Origin: Macrostomum lignano
Lineage: Eukaryota
Reading direction: 5' to 3'
DNA: 45,186 nt
NCBI GenBank assembly: GCA_002269645.1
Contig: NIVC01000310.1
Location: forward strand, 1 to 45,186
This document shows positions 20,201 through 30,909 of the stretch, one piece after another (the first letter of the stretch is position 1; each line of letters opens with the position of its first letter). Below the pieces are notes generated by a model that was given only the letters and a program-made list of their open reading frames with translations, was not told the origin of the DNA and did not search any database. Made by a program: the position numbers and the translations under genes.

Positions 20201-22266
20201 TACTCAAAATCCGATTCACGTACTCGAAATCCGATTTACGTACTCAAAATCCGATTCACGTACTCAGAATCAGATTCACGTACTCAAAATCCGATTCACG
20301 TACTCAGAATCAGATTCACGTACTCAAATCCGATTCACGTACTCAGAATCAGATTCACGTACTCAGAATCAGATTCACGTACTCAAAATCCGATTCACGT
20401 ACTCCAAATCCGATTCACGTACTCAAAATCCGATTCACGTACTCCAAATCCGACTCACGTACTCCAAATCCGATTCACGTACTCAAAATCCGATTCACGT
20501 ACTCCAAATCCGATTCATATACTCAAAATCCGATTCACGTACTCAAAATCCGATTCACGTACTCAGAATCAGATTCACGTACTCAGAATCAGATTCACGT
20601 ACTCAAAATCCGATTCACGTACTCAAAATCCGATTCACGTACTCAAAATCCGATTCACGTACTCAGAATCAGATTCACGTACTCAAAATCAGATTCACGT
20701 ACTCAGAATCTGATTCACGTACTCAAAATCCGATTCACGTACTCAAAATCCGATTCACGTACTCAAAATCCGATTCACGTACTTAAAATCCGATTCATGT
20801 ATTCACGTACTCAGAATCCGATTACACCGTACTCAAAATCCGATTCACGTACTCAAAATCCGATTCACGTACTCAAAATCCGATTCATATACTCAAAATC
20901 CGATTCACGTACTCAAAATCCGATTCACGTACTCCTAATCCGATTTACGTACTCAAAATCCGATTCACGTACTCAGAATCAGATTCACGTACTCAAAATC
21001 CGATTCACGTACTCAGAATCAGATTCACGTACTCAGAATCAGATTCACGTACTCAAAATCCGATTCACGTACTCAGAATCAGATTCACGTACTCAAAATC
21101 CGATTCACGTACTCCAAATCCGATTCACGTACTCCAAATCCGATTCACGTACTCAAAATCCGATTCAGGTACTCCAAATCCGATTCACGTACTCCAAATC
21201 CGATTCACGTACTCCAAATCCGATTCACGTACTCAGAATCAGATTCACGTACTCAGAATCAGATTCACGTACTCAAAATCAGATTCACGTACTCAAAATC
21301 CGATTCACGTACTCAAAATCCGATTCATATACTCAAAATCCGATTCACGTACTCCAAATCCGATTCACGTACTCCAAATCCGATTGACGTACTCCAAATC
21401 CGATTCACGTACTCAGAATCAGATTCACGTACTCAAAATCCGATTCACGTACTCAAAATCAGATTCACGTACTCCAAATCCGATTCACGTACTCAGAATT
21501 AGATTCACGTACTCCAAATCCGATTCACGTACTCAGAATCAGATTCACGTACTCCAAATCAGATTCACGTACTCAAAATCCGATTCACGTACTCCAAATC
21601 CGATTCACGTACTCCGAATCCGATTGACGTACTCCAAATCCGATTCACGTACTCAGAATCAGATTCACGTACTCAAAATCCGATTCACGTACTCAAAATC
21701 CGATTCACGTACTCCAAATCAGATTCACGTACTCAAATCCACATCATCCATGGCGAGTCTGTTGACTGCTGCTGGGCTCTGGATTCCGCTCTATATCTTA
21801 CTGGCGCGACATGATCGGGAAGGTCTGCACCCAGAAGGCACACTGGGTGCTGCAATTGCTATTTCAATGAATGCTCCGTGTCTCACCGTGATGCAGGCGC
21901 AGTAGGCCAGGTAGCTCAGCAGGTGGTAGGAGAACGCAGAGCCGGCGCTGCCGCTCAGCCACATGGCCAGGAAGGCGGCCGGGCCCAGCGCGGTGGCCGC
22001 GGCCAGCCACGGCTTCGTGCGGCCGCACCGGGTTCGAGTCCGCAGCACCAGCTGGCCAACCAGCGGGTCGGTGGCGGCGTCCCACAGTCTGCCCGCAAAG
22101 GTGATGGCGGACACCTGGGCAGGACTGAGGCGCACAGCCTCCAGCAGGTAGATGCTGAAGAAGAAGCCGCAGATGTTGCTCGTCATCTGCAGTGGCGGCG
22201 CGGCCAGGCCGAACAGCAGCTTCCGGCACAGCGACAGGCGGGCTGCGGGGGCCGAATGCGCAGACT
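14219..22266 (-). CDS. MFSD2A: MFSD2-family (MFSD2A/B-like, MelB/GPH-type MFS) lipid transporter; one exon interrupted by a MITE; start exon not fixed (exons 22266-21887, 17284-17069, 16321-16121, 15625-15458, 15004-14955 + 14597-14219)
   Basis: Motifs GFFFSIYLLE, GRLWDAATDPLVG, CYHVPY, LLPWSMLPDVIDDF, EATFYSLYVFFTKFASG and YPID match MFSD2 proteins. Introns are GT-AG and phase 0. A candidate start exon (MTDLTSQLIGNGKTK|gtatta near 22634-22678) is in frame only with the second AG of the acceptor, so it is unconfirmed. A versus B orthology cannot be decided from the sequence. Confidence 0.88.
14606..14954. mobile_element. 349-bp hAT-type MITE inserted in an MFSD2 coding exon
   Basis: Perfect 15-bp TIRs (CAGTGGTCGTGGCGG 14606-14620; CCGCCACGACCACTG 14940-14954) and a perfect 8-bp target duplication (GCGGCGAC at 14598-14605 and 14955-14962). 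Subterminal TTCGCGCCA repeats are present. Removing the element and one TSD restores ...PPNSVAAYYAVIG... Confidence 0.93.
15148..15320. repeat. 21-bp minisatellite (TGTGATAATCCTGAGTCCTGG), MFSD2 intron
   Basis: About 8 copies. Confidence 0.92.
16374..17008. repeat. 14-bp minisatellite (GAGTCCCGATACCC), MFSD2 intron
   Basis: About 45 copies; no variant unit seen. Confidence 0.97.
17681..21737. repeat. ~4-kb 20-bp satellite (CGTACTCAAAATCCGATTCA), MFSD2 intron
   Basis: About 200 copies with point variants and higher-order blocks. Confidence 0.97.
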
Positions 22267-22269
22267 CTG

Positions 22270-22481
22270 GGTGAGTGAGTGAGTGAGTGAGTGAGTAAGT
22301 GAGTGAGTGAGTGATTGAGTGAGTGAGTGAGTGAGTGAGTGAGTGAGTGATTGAGTGAGTGAGTGAGTGAGTGAGTGAGTGATTGAGTGAGTGAGTGAGT
22401 GAGTGAGTGAGTGAGTGAGTGAGTGAGTGAGTGAGTGAGTGAGTGAGTGATTGAGTGAGTGATTGAGTGAGTGAGTGAGTG
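22270..22481. repeat. (GAGT)n microsatellite abutting an MFSD2 acceptor
   Basis: About 50 tetramers; reads (ACTC)n on the transcribed strand immediately before CCCAG. Confidence 0.97.
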
Positions 22482-23891
22482 AACTAGCTCCTAGTCACAG
22501 TATGGGATCAGCAGGCTAAGTCGCAAGCCATTCAGTGAATCAGGACACCATATAATAAACTTCGGCCTACATTGAACAACATATTAAGTGCTCTAGACCA
22601 TGCAGGTTAAGCAAAAAAGATCGTATTTAATACCTTGGTTTTGCCATTGCCAATCAGCTGCGATGTCAAGTCGGTCATTTTTAAATGATTAGGTCTTGCC
22701 TTGCAGCTGCCTTCGCACTAATAGCTGTAGCTACAGTGTTTGCAGATCAGGAGCTCAGTCCATGGAGAAACCGTCTATCTGAATGCATTCAATAATGTTT
22801 GCAGAGGCAGACCTGTCGAGCTGTGTTGAATAAATTTTGCCGAAGCTCCTAACTGTCCGGCAATCTCAGAAGCAATGTATAGCACATGCAGGCTGCTACA
22901 GCTCCAATTGATCGAGTGACTCAGCTCAGTGACACCGCGTTATCAACAACTCGACAGCCTGCTGACTGTACGCTGATATTGCATTGCTAAATATAATGAC
23001 ACGCACGCTGTACTTTGTACCATTTGAACTCAAATTGTACATCAGCATGCAGATTGCAACGTAATCCATACGCTGAATTTCGTTATTTTAGTGCAGCTCG
23101 GAAAAGCTGCGTGTCACAATGAATGTACGCTTGTGCGCTACATTTATATTAATACACAGCACTACAATTTTGCGAACATGCAGCATAACACATGCAGTTA
23201 TATTGATTTTGTCAGCCAATTTAATACTCGTAGTTTAGCCAACCGAAGTTAAGAATTCCCATTTATAGGGAGCAGCTGCATGGAGACTATCAGTCTTCTT
23301 GTCCATAGTGTATAGGCTTGCAGTGTAGGCGGGAAAAGGCATGTAGAATCAATATTGTAGGCCTTATCTTTAAGTCTCAAGACTCAATAAAGCTTTATGG
23401 GGGTCCGTGTTTTTACGGAAGGGAACGGCAGATGCATGAGCCGAGGACAGGCCGATCGACGTACAGCCCGCGATCGAGACGGAGCCCGAGAGGGGTTGCG
23501 CAATTTTTAATTACCGAGACGGAATCAAACGCCAAGACGAAAGAATACAACATACACGTGTATAAGTATAAACTCGGTATAGCCTCGAGCGGTGTGCCAA
23601 CTTAAGGCGGGTTCTCCTTTACATGTACATGTCATATTAGCAGATACTGTATAATAATGTAATTATGTGCAGACAAAATATGGGAAAATACTAGATGCCT
23701 ATTACTATGGTCTTGCCATCTGGAAATGTGTCTAGAGATGTTGAGAAAAAATATTGCGTAGTGGATATTCAGGGGACTATTCTACGAGTATATTCAAATG
23801 TTTTACTACGTGTAACAATTTGAAGGCACGTTCGTGCGTGTCGTAAATTTCCCTTTTTAGGGTCTTTCAAATTCTCATAGCTAATGTAACT

Positions 23892-23940
23892 CAAGGACTT
23901 CTAGACTTCTAGACTAAACAAGTTAGTCTAGAAGTCCTTG
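23892..23940. mobile_element. 49-bp micro-MITE consisting almost only of TIRs, with an 8-bp TSD
   Basis: ATGTAACT|CAAGGACTTCTAGACT-TCTAGACT-AAACAAGTT-AGTCTAGAAGTCCTTG|ATGTAACT. Perfect 16-bp terminal inverted repeats and identical 8-bp flanks (23884-23891, 23941-23948). Confidence 0.85.
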
Positions 23941-24094
23941 ATGTAACTTCGCAATAATTGACTGCGTGGCGTGAAGACTACACGCATGGTGTGTACTTGT
24001 AAATATACAAGTACATGTTGTATAATATGAGACAGCTTTTTAGCCCTTGACTATCGGGCTCCCAGAGCATAGAAATACATCATCATTTAATTCT

Positions 24095-24214
24095 CTACTT
24101 CATGTTTGTTCCACATGGACAGTTGCGAGTGTTGGCAAGCAGATGGTACTTCGCCAACCACTGCATTGCAGACAGCGTGTCCTGGGTGACGATGTGCAGA
24201 TCCCGTAGCGACAT
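24095..24214 (-). pseudogene. Truncated N-terminus of a Merlin/ISXO2 (IS1595-like) transposase
   Basis: MSLRDLHIVTQDTLSAMQWLAKYHLLANTRNCPCGTNMK* resembles the helix + LL.N...CxC..M zinc-ribbon start of invertebrate ISXO2-like transposases. This is pattern recognition only; no DDE domain is present. Confidence 0.5.
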
Positions 24215-24510
24215 GTTGAGATTGAGTAGCTCGGCGGTGTTTCGAACCTCGTTTAACGGGATGATGAACCCGGGTGCTGCAGGTCGCCTATAGCCATGGC
24301 ACTGAAGACAGGAAGATATGAGAAATTGAAGCTCAAAAAACAAGCAGCTCACAAGCAACAGCTCCCTTAAACTGACACCCCCTTAAACTCTGTTCGCTCA
24401 AACTTTTGGCCATAGACACGACGTCATTTGACTCGGTGGTACGAATTCAAATGTTAAAATAATTTACCGAACGGAAGTGTAGGATTGCCCCTAGGCCTAC
24501 TGCTGTCAGT

Positions 24511-24842
24511 CAGTGGCGCAGCCAGGCCAGGGGGCCTCGCCCCACGAAATTTACCCCCCCCCCCAAATTCTGGAGGAAAAATTGCCCCTCCCCCTGAAAT
24601 TCCAGAGAAAAAACCCAGCCCTCCTATACCCCTAGCCCTAACCCCCTCCTCTGGGTGCTGAATGCCTCCCCCCCCAGGGGCATAGGGAGGGGGGATAGGG
24701 GGGATGTATCCCTTGAAAAGCCTGACCAAAACTTTTTTGTTACCCTTGGTTGCTATACATGCTACCATGTGACTCTGTCATAGCACTTTTACCTTGGTGT
24801 ATCCCCCCTCCCTATAGGAAATTCCTGGCTATGCCCCCCCTG
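24511..24842. mobile_element. GC-homopolymer-rich MITE-like element (hAT-like CAGTGGCG end)
   Basis: Left end CAGTGGCGCAGCCAGG; right end CCTGGCTATGCCCCCCCTG, an imperfect inverted match. No TSD was recognised. Confidence 0.5.
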
Positions 24843-25237
24843 AAATAAATTTCTAGCTCAGTGTCAGGTAATGCATGCATATAGTCGCCTCAGGCCTAAA
24901 CTAAAGGGTAGCAAAGCTATGGACGACATGTATGGTCCTGACTCCTAATTTCCTAAAACTAAAAAAAGTTAGCAAGAAACAAGTGGGTATAAGTACAATT
25001 TGAAACATTAAAAAATCCAAATTATGTAGCTAGCTAGGCCCTATTCAAAAGAGATTACTAATTATCCAGCAATTAATTCAATTTAATTAAGACTTTATCT
25101 ATAGCTTTTATTAGGCCTAAGAACTTTATACTTTATACTTTATAATGGAACTTTGTGTTAAACCATTCAATATATTCATTTTATTATAAAGACACTATTA
25201 GCCTTAATAAATATTTGATTTAAGATTTGATTTGATT

Positions 25238-25678
25238 TAAGCTTATAATAAAAAGTATGAAGAGCTTGCGTGCACGGCCGCCGTTCACGTAAGCTCAGAA
25301 TTGCGTGCATGGCAGAGCTATATCTTATAGGCTTATACAGTAAGTCATATACTATTCGAATTAATATTCAAGTTAACAAAAAAACAATGAATTAAGATTA
25401 CATTTGCAGTCCATGGTGTACGGGGGATAAAGCATTATAAAACAATATAGTAAAAATATTTTTTAATTAGGTTTGCCAACGCCAATGCGTGGATTTAAGG
25501 GCCCAGTCCCGGCCAATTGCCGGCTGCCGTGCACGCAATTACAACACTAGGTGGACGGCTGCATACATGCAAATAAAGCACTAGGTAGATAGCCACCGTG
25601 CACGCAATTCTGAGCTTACATACATGAATGGCTGCCGTGCACGCAAGCTCTTCGTAAAAAGTACTTATTATAAGCTTA
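25238..25678. mobile_element. ~440-bp MITE with ~85-bp imperfect TIRs
   Basis: TAAGCTTATAATAA...GAAGAGCTTGCGTGCACGG...GTAAGCTCAGAATTGCGTGCA at the left is inverted at 25590-25678. Extra internal GCTGCCGTGCACGCAATT copies are present. Confidence 0.8.
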
Positions 25679-26439
25679 GAATTCTTATATAAATTGATAA
25701 TTACTTGGCCTTAGTATAATAAGTTATTTGTATTAGACAGTATATTTCAAATGTATTATTAGCCAAATAATTAAGGAATTAAGGTCAAGGTCAAGCAAGG
25801 AGGATGGTTAAAAGAAGTCTTTAGATCTATCATATGACTATATTAGTTTCACTTAGCATTACTATTATATGCTAATATAGTCATATCCTATTAAAAACAA
25901 TATTAATATATAATAGCCCCTAGGCTAGCCATATCTATATGGATAGATGATCTATGGATACAATATCCTTTAGTATATAAAGGTAAATAGCTATGCTTAT
26001 ATATTCTTAATCTGCAAAGAAGTGGAGTGGCATAATATTATTTATATCATATATGCCTTTATAATGAGAGGCATATCATCTGGGCTTTTTGCCTATGTAA
26101 GAAATGTAAAAAATGCCTTTTATCTTCAATGAGTTGAATGGACTATAAAAATAAAATCTAATAATAGTTTTTGCCAAAACATTGCATTGAAGTAGATATT
26201 GGAATTTGAGAAGCTATAGTATTTTTATGGTATAAAAACCCTGAATGAATGATTGCATTGTAGATATAATGAGGAAGTCAATTTAGTATCTTTAAGGGAA
26301 GCCTTCTAGATATATTCTAGATACATTAGATATATATAGCCTCATATAATATATATGCTTATATACATATGTAGTCCTTTATGATTTATAATTTATAAAT
26401 ATCTTGATCGCTGAGTATCATTCAGGCCTCATTGCTCTC

Positions 26440-28952
26440 ATGGAGGTGGACAGCCCTGACGAAGACTCTGGTGACATCCCGCCAGAGCCGGTGTGCCGCA
26501 GGCTCTGCGACCAGTTCGCCGAGATCACGGGCACCGACTCGGCCTTTGCGCTGATGATGCTGCAGAACAACGGCTGGTCCCTGCCAGCCGCTCTGGACCG
26601 CTGCTTCGGTGGCGACGCGCCAGCCACCCTGGCGCTGCCGGCTGCGGCCTCCAGCAACGAGGATCCGCGCCAGCTGCGCGTGATGTCGTGGAATCTGGAC
26701 GGCCTGACGGACCAGCAGGTGGAGGCGCGGACGCGGGCCGCCATCGCTGTTCTGCGGGATGCCGAGCCGCACGCCGTCCACCTTCAGGTGAGCGCCGGAG
26801 CTCATGTGGGTTTGAGCACCTGTGCTCTGGGGTGCTTTGATTCTGATGGAGCCTCAGTTCCATAGTGCTGTGCTCTGGGGTGCTTTGATTCTGATGGAGC
26901 CTCAGTTCCATAGTGCTGTGCTCTGGGGTGCTTTCGATTCTGATGGAGCCTCAGTTCCATAGTGCTGTGCTCTGGGGTGCTTTGATTCTGATGGAGCCTC
27001 AGTTCCAAAGTGCTGTGCTCTGGGGTGCTTTGATTCTGATGGAGCCTCAGTTCCATAGTGCTGTGCTCTGGGGTGCTTCGATTCTGATGGAGCCTCAGTT
27101 CCAAAGTGCTGTGCTCTGGGGTGCTTCGATTCTGATGGAGCCTCAGTTCCATAGTGCTGTGCTCTGGGGTGCTTCGATTCTGATGGAGCCTCAGTTTCAA
27201 AGTGCTGTGCTCTGGGGTGCTTTCACTATGACAGGGAGCAGGTGCCATGAATTTGCCCGCCGCCGCCTGTGCAGGAAGTGGCTCCAGACACGCTGGACCT
27301 GCTGCGTCGCCTGCTTCGCGACCGCTACGAGTTCGTGGACGGCCGAGCGCACCCCGACGATCGCTACTTCACCGCCACGCTGCTGCGCCGCGGCCGCCTG
27401 CAGTTGCTGAGCCCCAGCCTGCACCGCTTTGAGGGCTCTCGGATGGACCGGACACTGCTGGCTGTGCGAGTCAAGTCAGCGAACGGTCCCGAGGTGAGAA
27501 TTAGCTAGTTACCAGCCAATCAGAATCTACCTAGCTATCAGCCAATCACAATCTACCTATCAGCCAATCACAATCTACCTATATCAGCTAATCACAATCT
27601 ACCTAGCTATCAGCCAATCAGAAGCTACCTATCAGCCAATCAAAATCTACCTATCAGCCATCACAATCTACCTATCAGCCAATCAGAAGCTACCTATCAG
27701 CCAATCAAAATCTACCTATCAGCCAATCACAATCTACCTGGCCTGGCTATCAGTTAATCACAATCTACCTGGCCTGGCTATCAGCCAATCAAAATCTACC
27801 TATCAGCCAATCACAATCTACCTGGCCTGGCTATCAGTTAATCACAATCTACCTGGCCTGGCAATCACAATCTACCTGGCCTGGCTATCAGCCAATCACA
27901 ATCTACCTGGCCTGGCTATCAGCCAATCAAAATCTACCTATCAGCCAATCACAATCTACCTGGCCTGGCTATCAGTCAATCACCATCTACCTATCAGCCA
28001 ATCACAATCTACCTAGCTACCAGCCAATCCGAAAGGTACAAAAACAGTCTCTGTAGGAGTTCCAAATAAATAGGTAGACGTAGCGGGGTGGGGCAGATGG
28101 CAGCCTCCCGGCTTAAAGAGGCCAACCCCTCAAACTGTGAGGGGTTGGCCCAGCCACTCAGACTGCTCCGGGAGGTCAGACAACAATGTCTACCCCGGCT
28201 CTGGCCAATCGCACGCAGGCTTACTCATAAAGGGGGCGGAATTGGAGACCTAGGAATGGGCCGGTTTACACCGGCTTGGCACGCTCGCGAAAAGGCTACG
28301 CGTACTATGAATTGGCTAGGAGAGGTGTACTCACCACAGGAATCTACTCTAGCTATCAGCCAATCAGATTATTGAGCTATCAATCAACAAATTATCTACT
28401 TTTCAACATCATTTCAGGTGCTGCTGTTGAACACCCACCTGGAGTCTACCAAGGACTTTGCGGCCGAGCGAAAGCGCCAGCTGTCCACGGCTTTGCGCAC
28501 CCTGACAGAGTCGGCCAAGCCGGCCCTTCTAGCCGGCGATCTGAACCTGCGCGACGCCGAGCTTCAGGCGATTGGCGGCCTGCCAGCGGGAGTTCTGGAC
28601 GCCTGGAGCCACTGCGGCGCCCGGCCTGAGGCGCAGTACACCTGGGACGCCACGCGCAACCGCAACATACAGGTGAGACTGCGCTCAGGTCGGCTGCAGC
28701 TCATTTCTGTCCCTACTAAATTGGAAAGAATTATTAGGCACTGAGCGATGCTTGCTACTCGCAGTAGCCGATCGCGCCCGCCCGTCCGATCCGCAGAACA
28801 TGGGCCGCGCCCGCTGCCGCTTCGATCGCATGCTGGCCTGGCGCATGCAGCCGCTGGACTTTCAGCTTGTGGGGCTGCAGCCGGCGGCCGGGACCCAGCT
28901 GTTTCCCTCCGATCACTGGGGGCTGGTGGGCCTTTTCCAGCTGCAGGACTGA
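26440..28952 (+). CDS. TDP2: Tyrosyl-DNA phosphodiesterase 2, 325 aa (exons 26440-26787, 27275-27493, 28418-28672, 28797-28952)
   Basis: N-terminal UBA-like segment (LCDQFAEITGTDSAFALMMLQNNGWSL) followed by EEP-family motifs SWNLDG, LQ|EV, NTHLES, AGDLNLRD, YTWD, RFDR and PSDHWG. All three introns are GT-AG and phase 0. Confidence 0.95.
26819..27222. repeat. 48-bp minisatellite, TDP2 intron 1
   Basis: About 8 copies of GTGCTGTGCTCTGGGGTGCTTTGATTCTGATGGAGCCTCAGTTCCATA. Confidence 0.95.
27510..28030. repeat. CCAAT-containing ~22-31-bp minisatellite (CTATCAGCCAATCACAATCTAC), TDP2 intron 2
   Basis: Tandem copies, with a remnant copy again at ~28345-28385 beyond an intervening structured segment. 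Confidence 0.9.
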
Positions 28953-29390
28953 CTGCCCGCATCGGCATCTTCATCTGTTCTATCATGCTGAATTCCAGCT
29001 TCACTGATTCCCACATTGCTCACTTGTGATGCATTTTGATGCAGTTTTGTTAACTTGCTCCCCATCCCAGTCTCTGCATGTCTCCAGTGCATTTGCCCCA
29101 GTTTGGTGCTTGCAGCCGAGGTTAATAAAATCACATAATAATCCCGTTCGATATTTTCTGCATTTGGATTTCGATTCAAAACTTCAGTTCAATAGCTCAG
29201 TTCTCTGTCAGTGAACTCCAACTCAATTTCAAATGACCGCGCTCGGACTCAACAAGAAGTCACCTGTTTTGGGCGAAGTTGCATTTCTTAGAATTTGCTT
29301 TAAGAGCTCCGGGCTGAATTCGGGTGAGGCTTGAAGGCCCTTCAGCCGCCTAACTACGAAATATTGTGCCTGAAACAACGCATTCAAAGA

Positions 29391-30207
29391 TAGCGCCCCC
29401 CAGTGACAGCGGCCCAGACAGCCCCCCCAAGACAGCACCCCCAAAGACAGCCCCCAAAGACAGCACCCCCAAAGACAGCGCCCCCAAAGACAGCGCCCCC
29501 AGCAGCCCCCAAAGACAGCGCCCCCAAAGACATCACCCCCAAAGACAGCGCCCCCAAAGACAGCACCCCCAAAGACAGCACCCCCAAAGACAGCGCCCCC
29601 AAAGACAGCACCCCCAAAGACAGCCCCCAAAGACAGCACCCCCAAAGACCCCCAAAGACAGCCCCCAAAGACAGCGCCCCCAAAGACGGGGCCCCAAAGA
29701 CAGCACCCCCAAAGACAGCACCCCCAAAGACAGCACCCCCAAAGACAGCGCCCCCAAAGACAGCACCCCCAAAGACAGCGCCCCCAAAGACAGCGCCCCC
29801 AAAGACAGCACCCCAAAGACAGCGCCCCAAAGACAGCGCCCCCAAAGACAGCGCCCCAAAGACAGCACCCCAAAGACAGCACCCCCAAAGACAGCGCCCC
29901 CAAAGACAGCGCCCCCAAAGACAGCGCCCCCAAAGACGGGGGCCCCAAAGACAGCACCCCCAAAGACAGCGCCCCCAAAGACAGCACCCCTAAAGAGAGC
30001 GCCCCCAAAGACGGGGGCCCCAAAGACAGCACCCCCAAAGACAGCGCCCCCAAAGACAGCGCCCCCAAAGACGGGGGCCCCAAAGACAGCACCCCCAAAG
30101 ACAGCGCCCCCAAAGACAGCACCCCCAAAGACAGCACCCCCAAAGACAGCACCCCCAAAGAGAGCGCCCCTAAAACAGTGCCCCCCCCCCCAAACACAGC
30201 GCCCTTC
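29391..30207. repeat. 15-bp minisatellite (AAAGACAGC[A/G]CCCCC) between the TDP2 and NIM1K 3' ends
   Basis: About 54 copies; source of the KTAPP, KDSAP and GAVFG pseudo-ORFs. Confidence 0.95.
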
Positions 30208-30707
30208 GTGGTGCAGTCAGTGTGGCGCCTCAAGACCGTCTAAGAATCCTGCACGCTAGAACAACAGACCTCGAATCCATCTACCGCGCGGGTTTCTTGA
30301 GATTCTGCAGCTGACGCGTTCGCGGGAGTTAATCCTCGCTGCATTGTTTCGGATTTATTGCAATTTACAATAACTTCAAACATTTAAATCTGTGGCTGCA
30401 AGTGAAAAAAAGGTTTGATGTTGCTTCGCAGAAACTGCTTACAGTTACTCGCAGCCAGGTAAGCTGCCGCGTCAAGTGCAATCACTGCTGACTCGGCTTT
30501 AGTTGTGAAGGAAGCGGCATTTCCTGAATCAACAAATTTGAAGTGCAAAAAAACATTCAACTCTTGGATTGATGGCATCATCTGCGTGTAGCTTTAGAGT
30601 CATTCATCACCGGAAATGTCTGAAAGCAATTCTAACGCGAGTGTACGGTGCATTTTTTGCACTGGTGCGAATGCGGCTACGAGTGTACTTGCGAGCCAAG
30701 CAGGAAG

Positions 30708-30908
30708 GTGGAGGGGCGGAGGGCTGAAGATTAAGGGAGCGGAGGACTGAAGGTTGAGGGGCGGAGGGCTGAAGATTGAGGGGCGGAGGGCTGAAGATGG
30801 AGGGAGCGGAGGGCTGAAGATGGAGGGAGCGAAGGGCTGAAGGTTGAGGGGCGGAGGGCTGAAAGTTGAGGGTCGCAGGGCTGAAGGTTGAGGGGCGGCT
30901 GGCTGAAG
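30708..30908. repeat. ~21-bp repeat (GGAGGGCTGAAGGTTGAGGGGC) starting at the NIM1K stop codon
   Basis: About 9 imperfect copies. Confidence 0.85.
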
Positions 30909-30909
30909 G

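Noticed and set aside
17681-21737. CRISPR-like array or 519-aa repeat protein
   Set aside because: The 20-bp units are contiguous with no unique spacers and no cas genes, in a eukaryotic intron. The long ORFs exist only because the unit lacks stop codons.
2-28952. SAMHD1 pair plus TDP2 as a co-regulated genome-defence cluster
   Set aside because: Functionally suggestive, but separated by an unrelated transporter and on mixed strands. Nothing in the sequence supports co-regulation.
29229-30259. Histone-H1-like or mucin-like KTAPP / KDSAP ORFs
   Set aside because: Frame-shifting 15-bp array between two convergent 3' ends; no non-repetitive coding context.
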